The notes below the pieces were generated by a model. It ran no database searches. It worked only from the letters and a program-made list of their open reading frames with translations, and had not been told where the DNA came from. Both the position numbers and the translations under genes were made by a program. From Octopus bimaculoides (taxonomy: Eukaryota), in NCBI RefSeq assembly GCF_001194135.2, contig NC_068986.1:42206599-42243366 (forward strand): a stretch of 36,768 bases of DNA, read 5' to 3'. Position 1 is the stretch's first letter, and each line of letters begins with the position of its first letter. Positions 1 through 10,841 of this stretch are shown one piece after another.

Positions 1-39
<39 letters not shown>

Positions 40-476
40 TATATATACGTACATACATACATACATACATACCTTCAACAAATGAGACTTTATGAACGAC
101 CAGGTTGAACTCTGCAGGAGAAAACTATTAGCCACAAAGAAAGGAATATACGCACACACGCATGAACACATACGAAAAACCGCACGCTCACGCGCAAGTG
201 TTATCGTGCATGTTTTTGTGTGGACATATGTGAGTATATGTGTATATGTGCATTAGTGTGAGGTTGCCACAGCAACCTTGGTTTCAATTAGAGATTGTTA
301 GCTTTGTTTTCATTTTTCGTTTTGGAATCTTGATGGTAGATTGGAGTAGCTTTTATTGGAAAGTTTGAATACATGGATGTGAAATGCTACAAATAAATTA
401 CAGAAGAAATAATGACGAATAAAATTAGATTACATTGACATACGCTTTTAGCTGAGAAATAAAATGTCTCTTGCAG

Positions 477-627
477 AAATCTGTCGACGAAACGGAAAAA
501 GTTAAATTGTTAAATGGTCCTGAAAGTAGCGATTCCAGTCAGTTCACGGAAGTCATTACTAGAAAGCTAGAGCTGGATTCGCAATCAAAAGAAGACTACG
601 ATACTATCAGCAGAACAACTACGAATA
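477..627 (+). CDS. Candidate internal coding exon of an unidentified plus-strand gene (KSVDETEKVKLLNGPESSDSSQFTEVITRKLELDSQSKEDYDTISRTTTN)
   Basis: Acceptor tgtctcttgcag|AAA at 476/477. Only frame 0 stays open (50 codons, acidic and S/T-rich). Possible donor A|GTTAGA at 627/628; read-through gives a TAG stop at 630-632. Confidence 0.45.
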
Positions 628-1012
628 GTTAGAGATATTAGTTTCCAATGTAAAGCAACGTAAAACGTGACATTCCGTAACATCAGTAGCGGATATGAAG
701 TTCGGACCATAACCCGTACGATGAGTTCGTATTCTCTGCATGTTATTACTGAGATCAGATGGTGCAGTCCAGACTACATTAATACTTTTACTGGAACTAA
801 GTCTAAAAATAGTTCCTTATAGCTTTGTCAGAAGCTTTTGAAGTCTCCTTGCAAAGCCATTCTTAATGAAACCATTTTCTTCGCCGAAAAATCTGCAATT
901 GATCGCAGACTTGGTATCAAACCAACGAAAGAATCTCTGTTAATCGCTTAGCATGCTAGCAACAACAGCCAAATCATATCGTAAAATTAGGAAAGGTTAC
1001 ATTACATAATTT

Positions 1013-1225
1013 TTTCTACTATAGGCATAAGGCTACAAATTTTATGGGCAGCTTCTTGTCGGTTACATCGATTCCAGTGCTCAACTGGTATTTATTACTT
1101 ATTTTATCGACCTCGAACTGATGAAAACAGAGTCGACTTCGGCGGAATTTGAATTCAGAACGTAAAGCCAAAGTGCCGCTAAACATTTTGTCCGATGTAC
1201 TAACCATTCTGCCAAGTAGTTGCCC
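1013..1225 (-). mobile_element. tRNA-derived SINE, family B
   Basis: Matches 30468-30680. Minus strand has a B-box-like ctgaattcaaattc, a central gtcgac...catc...ggtcgataaaataagta domain and a cctatagtagaaaa tail. Confidence 0.75.
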
Positions 1226-1518
1226 TATGGTTACGTTAGAAAATGCAGTTCTAAGTACCATTACATGACGGGATGGTCGTTGATATACGTTGATCTTGAG
1301 TCAGTTAGGACAGGGTTGACAAATAAAAACTATCAAATCTTCTAAGGCACCACTCCTGCCAACCACTGTTTCTCTCTTCCCACCCCTCTTTCCCCCGCAT
1401 TCTTTGTAAATGAATTATATTTCCTTTTCAGAGTCGAAATCCTTAATCTGTATATATAATTTCTGCAGAAACCAGCATTCCAGTTACATTTTTGCGTTTT
1501 GCTTCTCTCTCTCTCACA

Positions 1519-1561
<43 letters not shown>

Positions 1562-1658
1562 CCTCTCTCACTCACTCTCTCTGCTTCTATTCTTGTATGT
1601 ACTCATCGAGTATGTCTGCATGTATGTATGTATGTATGTATGTATGTATGTATGTATA

Positions 1659-2911
1659 CGAGGGATGTATGAAAGGTTTTGGGCCTAACCTAGAAACGGG
1701 GCTGCTATATAGTTGAAACAATATTTTCTGGTAACTAAAGTCTTTTCAGAGTATTCTTGCTCATTTTCAGGATTCTGATATTTTAATTTTTTTTTTTTGT
1801 TGCAGATTGAATAAACAAGCTTCGAGTTTACAAGGAAAATGGAAAAAACCGAGTATCGTGCTGTCATAAAGTACCTTCATTTGAAAGGCATGACTCCATC
1901 AGAAATCCATGAAGATATGGTGAGTACCTTAACAGACAATGCTCCTTCATATGCAACAGTCAAACGCTGAGTAAATGAATTCAACCGTGACAGGGAGAGT
2001 GTGGAAGATGATCCCAGACCAGGGAGATCTCCAACTGCAATCACCAAGGACAACCTTGACCTTGCTCTTGGTATGATAATGCAAGAGCGCCGAATATCAT
2101 GTCGTCAGATAGCCATGAGACTGAGCATCTCAATTGAAAGAGCAGACAACATTGTGACAAAAGAAATTGGGTTCTCAAAGGTTTCTGCAAGGTGGGTCCC
2201 TCGCCTTTTGACTCCTGAACAGAAACGCACCATGAAGAGAATTTTCTTGCTCGTTTCATTACTATGGATGAAACTTGGGTCCATCACTACCAGCCTGAAA
2301 CCAAAGAACAATCAAAGCAGTGGAAGCATATATCTTTTCCTACCCCAAAGAAGGCCAGAGTCATTCCTTCAGCTGGCAAGATTATGGCGTCCGTTTTGGG
2401 GGATTCTCAAGGTGTCTTGCTGATCGATTACCTTGAAAAGGGTCACACCGTGACAGGGCTGTATTATTCTCAGCCACTGAAACGCCTCTGAGAAGCAATC
2501 AAAGAAAAAAAAGGCCGGGAGTGCTCACCAGAGGAGTCCTTATTCATCACGACAATGCTCCAGCCCACACCTCAGTGGTTGCTATGGCAACAATTCGTGA
2601 TTGTGGATACGAACTTGTTCCCCATCCACCTTATTCACCAGACTTAGCCCCCTCTGAGTTTCATCTATTTCCAAAACTGAAAAAGCCCTGGCTGGTCGCC
2701 ATTTTGCCAGTGATAATGACGTCATAGACACCGTAGGAAGTTTCTTGGAGTCTCAAACAAAAGAGTTCTTCTACGCCGGGATAATGGCACTTCAGCACCG
2801 CTAGAGAAAGTGTTCAGCCATCGAGTGGGACTATGTTGAAAAATAAATCATCAGAAGTCTTGTACCATGTTTTATTTTTTTTGAGGCTCAAGACTTTTCA
2901 TACACCCCTCG
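1659..2911 (+). mobile_element. Mariner DNA transposon, full length, defective (1253 bp)
   Basis: TA target duplication (1657-58, 2912-13). About 28-bp TIRs CGAGGGATGTATGAAAGGTTTTGGGCCT / CGAGGGGTGTATGAAAAGTCTTGAGCCT. Inserted at the end of a (TATG)n tract. Confidence 0.95.
1839..2846 (+). pseudogene. Mariner transposase pseudogene
   Basis: MEKTEYRAVIKYLHLKG...; WVPRLL, MDETWVHHY, HHDNAPAH, YSPDLAPSEF and GDYVEK* motifs. Interrupted by in-frame stops, frameshifts and an internal deletion near 2230. Confidence 0.93.
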
Positions 2912-3404
2912 TATATGTCATTATTGAGTGTTATTTCAAGATTTATTGCCAATAGAGAAAGAGTCGGTTTCTAAGCTAGATCCAAGGTTCTTTCATCTGG
3001 TAGTTTAATAAAGATTAACTACAAATATCTATCTAAATTGTATTTATCTTGTTAGTTTCTCTCTCTCTCTTTCTCTCTTTCTCTCTCTCTTTTTCTCTCT
3101 CTCTCTCACTCGTACACACACACACACACACTCACAAACGCACAAACTCACACACACACTCACACACACACACTCGCACGCACGCACGCACACACACCTC
3201 ACACATGAAATTAAATATTAAATACTTTTGTCAAAATATTATCGTTCACATTACGTATATATAAATGTAATGTATGTATATATATATATATGTGTGTATA
3301 TGTGTGTATATGTTACACACAACAGGCAGCCACTCCTACTATAAATTCTTCCTATGACCTTAACGATACTATGTCCAACCACACACATACATAAACAGCC
3401 ACAA

Positions 3405-3442
<38 letters not shown>

Positions 3443-3644
3443 CTCCTTCTCTTGCACTCTCCTGTCTTTNNNNNNNNNNCACACACACACACACACACAC
3501 ACACATACCTCCTTCTCTTGCACTCTCCTGTCTTTGAAAATAACTTTTTCTCCACCCTCTCCCTTCCAGTCATTCCAATATGTGACCGCGTGTGCATCGT
3601 TGGCGATTTTCATTTCCATCTTCCCTTCTTTGGACTTTTCCTAT

Positions 3645-3679
3645 ATTTCTGACGAAGATCTCCGATTGAAACGTTAAAT
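3645..3679 (+). ncRNA. Minimal type I hammerhead-ribozyme motif in a Penelope-type terminal stub
   Basis: attt CUGACGA a GAUC-ucc-GAUU GAA ACGU U aaau: 4-bp stem I, stem II hairpin, palindromic ACGU in place of stem III. Confidence 0.6.
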
Positions 3680-3803
3680 CCTCATTTCTTTTCTTTCTTT
3701 TCCTGAGCGTCCAATAACACTGTACTTATTCCACGTCCTCGCGTTGTTTTTTCGTGCTTTTTTTCGTATTTTTTCTTGTTTGTTTATGTTTAAATTGACT
3801 ATA

Positions 3804-3869
<66 letters not shown>

Positions 3870-4067
3870 GCGTATAAATGTATATGTATATATAAACACA
3901 TATATGTTCATATATTTATATACATATATACTGGTAGCGTATATATGTAAATATATAGATGTATATATGTATATATGTATATATGCATACATGTGTATAT
4001 ATGTATATATGTATGCGTATATGTATGTATATATATGTATATGTATGCACGTATATGTGTATGTGAA

Positions 4068-4325
4068 GGTGCATGGCTCAGTGGTTACAGCGTCGAGTTT
4101 ACGATCGTGAGGTTGTGAGAATTCGATCCCCGGACCGGGCTGCGTGTTGTGTTCTTGAGCAAGACACTTTATTTCACGTTTCCATTTCACTCAGCTGTAG
4201 TAGTGAGTTGCGATGTCACAGGTGCCAAACTGTAATCAGCGCTTTTGCCTTTCTCTTGAATAACATCGGTGGGGTGGAGAGGGGAGGTTGGTATGCATGG
4301 GCGACTGCTGGTCTTCCTTAAAAAC
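4068..4325 (+). mobile_element. tRNA(Arg-like)-derived SINE with a CORE-like segment
   Basis: tggctcagtggtta (A box), ttACGat anticodon-like loop, gaattcgatccc (B box), gtgttcttgagcaagacacttta (CORE-like). Confidence 0.8.
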
Positions 4326-4409
4326 AACCCTAGGTTCTGCGTTTCCCGGTGAGGCGACTTTTCGCCCAGACTTGTACCCCGGAGGGGAACCTCTTAGGTG
4401 CGCCCATGG

Positions 4410-4785
4410 TCATTTATGCTGGCGCACCACCTTGAATTTTTAGTCGAATGAATTGACTCCAGTACTTTTTAAAAAGCCTGGTACTCTTTCTATCTCTCTT
4501 TTGCCGAACCGCTAAGTTACAGGGACATAAACACTCCAACACCAGTTGTCAAGCGGTGATGGGGGACAAATGCAGACACAAATGCATACATACACACACA
4601 CATATACATGTATATATATATGACAGGCTTCTTTCAGTTTCCGTCTACCAAATTTGCTCACAAGGTTTTGGTCGACCCAAGGCTATAACAGAAGACATAT
4701 GCCCAATGTGCCACGTAGTGGGACTGACCCCGGAACTATGTGATTGGAAAAGCAAGCTTCTTACCACACAGCTACTCTTGCACCT
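4410..4785 (-). mobile_element. tRNA-derived SINE, family A (internal microsatellite)
   Basis: Reverse complement matches the copies at 14894-15285 and 22703-23155 (gtagctgtgtggtaag...ggtagacggaaactgaaagaagc...microsatellite...ggtggtgc.ccagcat). Confidence 0.85.
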
Positions 4786-4932
4786 ATATATATATGTATT
4801 TGTACATACATGTGTGTGTGTGTGTGTGTTTATTTGTATACACACACACATACATTATGTAGGTGATATTTTCAACCGAGACGCTACAATCGTATCTGAT
4901 TCTTTGTACATATATTTACTATATTCTTGTCA

Positions 4933-5474
4933 TCTTATATGCTTTTTCCTTCGTTATTTAGCCTGTCCGTAACGCTTTCACGTGATTAGTTGAATGGAAG
5001 GGTAGGGAAAGGAGGGTGATGGAGGGGAGAAGTGGTAGCGGAGGGGTGAGGGAAGGAGAGGTGGTGGTGGTGAGTGAAATGCGTAATTATTTCTTTTAGG
5101 TAAGCTTTTTTATTTCTCTATTACTTAGCCCGTCTGTAACACTTTTACGTGATTAGATGAAGGGAAAGGCGAAGAGCGAAAGAAGAAGGGGAGAGAAAAA
5201 GCGGGTAAGGTGAAGAGTGAGCGGGAAAGAGGGAGAGTACTGTGTATTAATTCTATAAAATTCTTCATAAAGCATACAAAATGTATATATAAAATGCATT
5301 AAGTAATCATCGTACTCCAATTTCATTCACTTTTCAATGATTAGCACAGATGAGCGACTATCTTTCGATACAGACACAACAGAGGCTCCGCTTTCAGGAT
5401 TTTGGGATAAAGTTTTCAGAAATATCCAAATTTGTTAACCATTAATTCCGTGAAATATTCACGGGTCCCGCTAG
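4933..5474 (+). mobile_element. Non-autonomous Helitron-like element (3' end clear, 5' end tentative)
   Basis: Perfect hairpin CCGTGAA-ata-TTCACGG (5448-5464), then 6 nt, then CTAG|T at 5471-5475. Tentative A|TCTTATAT start at 4933. Confidence 0.55.
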
Positions 5475-5744
5475 TTTATTAATAGTTTTCCCCTTTGTGA
5501 TGGAGTGCCATTTTGTATCATTAATAAACTGTCGGCATTTTTTTACGACACAGGTATGCTAGTTTACTTATAAACGTAAAGCGTATTGTTTAGTTTGCAT
5601 GCATAATACCTTTCACTGAGATTAGTTTAAAAATGATAAAATATAAATAAATAGAAGGAAATTTTTGAATTCACTGTGAGAATTCTAAAACGTTTTTATG
5701 GAAAATGAAGTGGTCAATAACTGCTCTTGAATTTATTTTTATAG

Positions 5745-5761
5745 CGAAAACACCAATGAAG
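5745..5761 (+). CDS. Candidate 17-nt microexon (phase 1 to 0; (T)KTPMK)
   Basis: atttatttttatag|CGAAAACACCAATGAAG|gtaagt: T-rich acceptor and consensus donor. Phase-compatible with the exons at 477-627 and 6553. Confidence 0.45.
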
Positions 5762-6552
5762 GTAAGTCAAGCGATATAAACATGAATGTTCATATATGGG
5801 TTCAGAGAGCGTTAGATTGAACGAAGTTGATATCACTTCAATGATAAAACAAAGCAACCATAACAATTCTGGAAACAGTGCAACAAAATAAGGTAACAGA
5901 AAGAAAAAAGGAAGCAAACAAACAAAACCCCTGGACATTCCTACGCATTTCCAACACTATTTTCATTAGTTCGAAGCAAGAATTTACCGAGACATCAAAA
6001 ATTCACCTCTTCTCCATAGCAAGCCAATTCAAGTTGCTGATCTAATCGATATTGTTTGACTAAATAAATGTTTGGACACGCTTATCTCATTTCTTTTACT
6101 TTTATTATTTCTGTGGCGTATGCACAGATGTATCATTCGGTTAATTGTACGTGTGTTGTGGTTGCGATGTTAGTTGCTGGCGGTGATTTCTGTTCGCGTG
6201 TTTTCATGCTGTCAGACCAACGTTTACGTTTAAAGTGGAAGTATATGTGAAATACTTGACCACTTTTCCTATTATATAACGAGTAGACATTTTATTTGAT
6301 CGAACAAGTAAAACATTCATTATCGAAACCAAAGGGAACTCCATCATATGCCCTTATGTGTTTGCATACATGTGAATATGTGTATATGTCTGTGTGTGTG
6401 TGTGTGTGTGTGTGTGCGTGCACGCGCGTACTGTGGACACATTTATAATTTATCTGTTGTATTTGTCATATGACAACTCTGCATTATCAGTCATACGTAT
6501 ATCCATCCGCTATGTTAGTGACAGAAGTTTTTTCTTTTTGTTCTTTTTTCAG

Positions 6553-6576
6553 ATACGTGCTTCCCAATATGTATGA
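6553..6576 (+). CDS. Candidate terminal coding exon (IRASQYV*)
   Basis: Strong polypyrimidine acceptor tttttctttttgttcttttttcag| at 6552/6553. Phase 0 gives IRASQYV*; phase 2 would give YVLPNMYEDKANQSSVEFMNLNAGAYY* to 6637. AATAAA at 6682-6687. Confidence 0.45.
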   Translation: MRASQYV

Positions 6577-6681
6577 AGACAAAGCAAATCAGAGTAGTGT
6601 AGAATTCATGAATTTAAACGCTGGAGCCTATTATTGATAGAATTGTTAACTTGTCTTGTTAAAAGCTTCTTGTGTTCCTTG

Positions 6682-6687
6682 AATAAA
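6682..6687 (+). promoter_or_regulatory. Candidate polyadenylation signal AATAAA
   Basis: Lies about 105 nt after the putative stop at 6576. The hexamer is common in AT-rich DNA, so support is positional only. Confidence 0.3.
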
Positions 6688-6848
6688 ATCTCAACAATAA
6701 TACAAAGTTGGCTATTACGCCAGTTACGCCACAACTGTGAAAAGCAGTTTCGCAGTTTAAAAGGAATCATAACAGGAAAGTACCAAAATTAGTAGTAATC
6801 TTTAATGTGTCATGAGTACACACACAAACACACACATACGTGTGTGTA

Positions 6849-6885
<37 letters not shown>

Positions 6886-7546
6886 NNNNNNNNNNNNNNN
6901 NNNNNNNNNNNNNNNNNNNNNNNNNNNNNNNNNNNNNNNNNNNNNNNNNNNNNNNNNNNNNNNNNNNNNNNNNNNNNNNNNNNNNNNNNNNNNNNNNNNN
7001 NNNNNNNNNNNNNNNNNNNNNNNNNNNNNNNNNNNNNNNNNNNNNNNNNNNNNNNNNNNNNNNNNNNNNNNNNNNNNNNNNNNNNNNNNNNNNNNNNNNN
7101 NNNNNNNNNNNNNNNNNNNNNNNNNNNNNNNNNNNNNNNNNNNNNNNNNNNNNNNNNNNNNNNNNNNNNNNNNNNNNNNNNNNNNNNNNNNNNNNNNNNN
7201 NNNNNNNNNNNNNNNNNNNNNNNNNNNNNNNNNNNNNNNNNNNNNTGTGTGTGTGTGTGTGTGTAACATTCGAAACGCGGAATAGATAAAGCAGGGGACA
7301 ACTGATGAAGGGATTGTTCTTTATGTTGCATGTCCCGTTTCTCTTTTTTGTTTCTTTCGTTGTTCGAAAAAAAGATCATTTTCCATGTTTTTGTTTTTTT
7401 GTGTTCACGTTTTTTTAACGCCCTGTACCCATATATGTATGTATATATGCATATATATGTAGGTATGTACATATATATAAACTTATATGCATATATATAT
7501 TATTTTTATATATGTATATATTATTTTCATATATATATATATATAT

Positions 7547-8632
7547 TTCTATAGTTTCAGCTCAAAGCTGCGGCCATGCTGATGCACCACCGTTTTGCTA
7601 CACTGTTATTACTGAGAGCCTCCTCCAATATGTGACGCTTGGTGAAGAATGGAGTTTGATGTAGCTACCCTCATTTGCACCTCTTTCCGTGAGGTAAGTT
7701 CATCTGGGACTCTCGATAGGAAGAGGTCCAGCTTTGGTTTAAAAACGCCTACATCTACTTTGTGCAGGTTCCTCAGGCTCTTTGGGAGAATATTAAAAAG
7801 CTGTGGGCCCCTGAAACCCAAACTGTTGCAGTAACTGGTCCTGAAGTGCGATGGTGTTGCTAGGATCTTTGGCCCTATGCAGTGTCGTCCCGTTCTGGCA
7901 TTGGTATTAATGTAGCTTTCAATGCCAAAATTTGGCACAATTCCTTCCGGAATCTTCCAGATGTATATTACTGCATAACTCTCCCGCCTTCTGTCCAGAG
8001 AGTAGAATCTGATCTGTTTCAGCCTTTCCCAGTAGCTGAGCAGTTGCAAAGAGACAATCTTCTTTGTGAATCTTCTCTGGATTGCTTCAAGGTTCGCTGT
8101 TAATTTCACACTAGTAGGTGACCATAGCTGTGAGCAGTAATCCAGGCGGCTGAGGACGAATGTCCTCCAGAGGACCATCATGGTTTCCTTATCTCTGGTT
8201 ATGAATGTTCTCAGGATCCAGCCAGCCAGTCGTCTGCACTTTGTCGCCATCCTGGTAATGTGCACTTGGAAAGAGGTATCATCACTCATGTCGATACCAA
8301 AGACCCTCACTGATTTCGGCTCAAGGATTGAAATTCCCTGCGGACCAGTGTACTCTGTAAGTGTCATATTCAGTTTTGGACGTTGGTAGCGCAGGGCTTG
8401 GAATTTTTCAGCATCAGCCCATCTGTAAATTGAGTCCAACTCCTGCTGCAGATGTGCAACATCACTGGGGTCCTGTATTTTCTGCGAGACTTTCGTATCG
8501 TCTGCGTAGCTTGCAAGGGTGGCTATCCGGGCACTTGAGGGCATATCTAAGAGGGCCACTATAAAAAGCAGTGGTCCCAAGACAGTACCCTGTGGAACAC
8601 CGCTCACTATTTGTGTTTTCATAGAGGTGGCT
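7547..8632 (-). mobile_element. 5'-truncated CR1-type LINE (RT C-terminal half plus 3' tail)
   Basis: ORF 7609-8670 has GVPQGTVLGPLLF, YADDTK, LDYCSQLWSP and LEAIQRRFTKK. The first about 13 residues come from a (TACA)n microsatellite. A short 3' UTR is followed by an AT-repeat tail. Confidence 0.9.
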
Positions 8633-8633
8633 G

Positions 8634-8665
<32 letters not shown>

Positions 8666-9485
8666 TGCATTTACCTGCTTAATATAGTATGTACCCTTAC
8701 AGAGTGGACTATAAGTAAATGGATAGACACATATCCAAATATATATAACCTTACTGTAAAATTAAACCCACGAGGAACTTTTTTCGGTAGCTTGGAATAC
8801 AGATAGAACCAGTTTCGTTCTTATTTACAGCTGTTATAAATAATGTATATTAAGTTCGCCTCTGTACACGCGCACCCACGTCTGAGTTATGACTTTGGAC
8901 AACATAAATCATTAAGATACAGAGATGTTACACAACGACTTGTTCGTCTAATTACACTCTAATACAGCACCTCTTATAGGGTTATAAATTATATAAACAA
9001 AATAACATAAGTGGAAGAATAAAACATATATCAATTAAAAAAATTTTTTTGCCAGAGACTCTATGCTAGAGATCACTTAACACCAACTTATTCCAAATAA
9101 TTTTAACAAGTTTTATTATGCTTCAGCAATTATTTATTGTTCCTGCTTGTTATTTTTCTGTTTTAAATCTTGAACAATTGTAAAAATATCACGAGTGTAG
9201 TTTATTTTTACCTACGCAAAGAGGATATTCCGCCCAACCGGGGTCATAATAATTATCGTTAGCAATCTCTTAAAATATTGCCTCGAGAAAAAAGAAAAGA
9301 TAAAATGCTCTCTTAGAAAGGCTTATAGCTTCTTAAGCTGAAAATAAAGCTGTCCAAATTATACTAAGAAGTTTGTTTCTCGACCACATGGTTCTGAGTT
9401 CAGTCCTACTGCGTGACACCTTGGGCAAGAGCCTTTTGGTACCGGCCGACCAAAGCTTTGTGATTTAGCAACGCGCTAATGTTTA

Positions 9486-9950
9486 TATATGAAATTAATA
9501 TAAACAGTAATTTGCAATGTTTCCCTATGTCACCAAATGTGACTAGAATGTTAGGAACACCTACATTGCTAGAAATAAGAACTAAGCTGCTCTAATACTG
9601 TAGTCAACGTACATGAACGAAAACATATACACTCACAGGGATCATAATCATCCGTAAAGTGTCAATCGAGAATTATTTACCCTGGCGCGTCAGTTTCGGG
9701 AATTTCCATTGCCTCATCAGTTGAGACAGCTTGACTGTTCAGTTCTTTCCTGACTCATTTCGCCATTAGTACTTATATTCTCGTCATCGAAATAATTAAA
9801 TGATTTGGTAATTCGCTAACATGTATATATAGAATTAATATAAACAGCTAATGTGTATATATAAAATTAATGTAAACAACAGTTAGTTACATTTGTTACA
9901 CTCCTTGTTGGTGAAACATTGCAAATTACTGTTTATATTAATTTTATATA
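9486..9950. repeat. Inverted repeat pair (38-bp arms, 37/38 match) with internal direct copies; MITE/foldback-like
   Basis: tatatgaaattaatataaacagtaatttgcaatgtttc (9486-9523) versus the reverse complement of 9913-9950. Two decayed direct copies of the arm's first part lie at about 9815-9880. Confidence 0.7.
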
Positions 9951-10559
9951 CTAGCGAAACACCAAATCATCCAATTATTCGGATAACGAAGACATAAATA
10001 CTTATGGAGATGAAGAAAAAAGATTGGTCATTCCTCTAAAATCCCTATAAACAATTATGATTTCTGATGAATCTTTGACAAAGCAATACACGCTTTCTCC
10101 TATCAAATACTATCTACAAATTCTTTCTGTATATATGCTTATAAACAATTATGATTTATGAGGAACTTATAAACAGTTATGAACTTATTCTACTTCCTAT
10201 TTTGAATACTTTTATGTAAACTGTTTAAACACAAAGCCTCTCTTAACATTTTCTTATCATTGCCAAAGACTCGATCACTGTATTTTAATACATCTATGGT
10301 CAATAATTTTTATCACCACAAAAGCTACACAAAGCCTTGCACTTTACTCCTGAAAATTAAAAAAAAGCAAAACCGGCCAAGTTAATAAACATCTTTAAAA
10401 GACCTCTGTATTTTCGAATCCTCTTCCCTATATATTTTCACTCGTGCGGTACTTTCTAATTTTACTCTGTGATATATATATATATATATATATATGATTG
10501 ACCGTTGACTGAACACTATTCAATTTTTTTTCTCCGTGTTTTTCTCCTTGTCTCCGTAT

Positions 10560-10596
10560 TCTTTCTGTTGAAGAGCGTAGCTCGAAACGTCAAAGA
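10560..10596 (+). ncRNA. Hammerhead-like motif with core variant (CUGUUGA)
   Basis: ucuuu CUGUUGA a GAGC-gua-GCUC GAA ACGU C aaaga: 5-bp stem I, 4-bp stem II, GUC site; A6 replaced by U. Confidence 0.5.
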
Positions 10597-10841
10597 CTTT
10601 CCGTATTCCCGAGCGTCATACTAATATATACTTTTGTTATTTACACCACCTGTCCTCGTCTGTTGCTATTATTTGTATATTCTCCCATATATGTATATAT
10701 ATATATACGTGTATGTGTACTAGCGTGAAATGATGATGACAGTTTTTATCATTTTGCAACCCCAAAGAGATATCTTCCTTAAAATGTTTTGGATGGCCTG
10801 CTTGCTTCCAGGCATCTCTTCACACCAAGCACGGCTATAAA

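Noticed and set aside
73-111. 39-nt minus-strand exon-like segment (ttttctcctgcag|...GAAG|gtatgt; EFNLVVHKVSFVE)
   Set aside because: Splice signals are good and the phase is compatible, but the donor is supplied by a (TACA)n microsatellite. It lies beyond the predicted stop at 10842 and antisense to the plus-strand model. Kept only as a possibility.
4068-4140. tRNA-like A/B boxes here and at about 14280-14355 and 20980-21052
   Set aside because: No complete cloverleaf or acceptor stem; they continue into SINE bodies, so they are SINE heads and not tRNA genes.
3049-4190. ORFs rich in HT/CV/YI/SL repeats here and throughout the window
   Set aside because: They are translations of AC/GT, AT, CT and TACA microsatellites, not proteins.
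6802-7472. Long ORFs full of X here and at 16933-17671, 19737-20291, 31201-31754, 32473-33463 and 35289-35828
   Set aside because: They are open only because they cross N-gaps (6886-7245, 17033-17654, 19974-20212, 31229-31515, 32571-33107, 35381-35773; smaller gaps at 3470-3479, 21828-21842 and 34180-34263).
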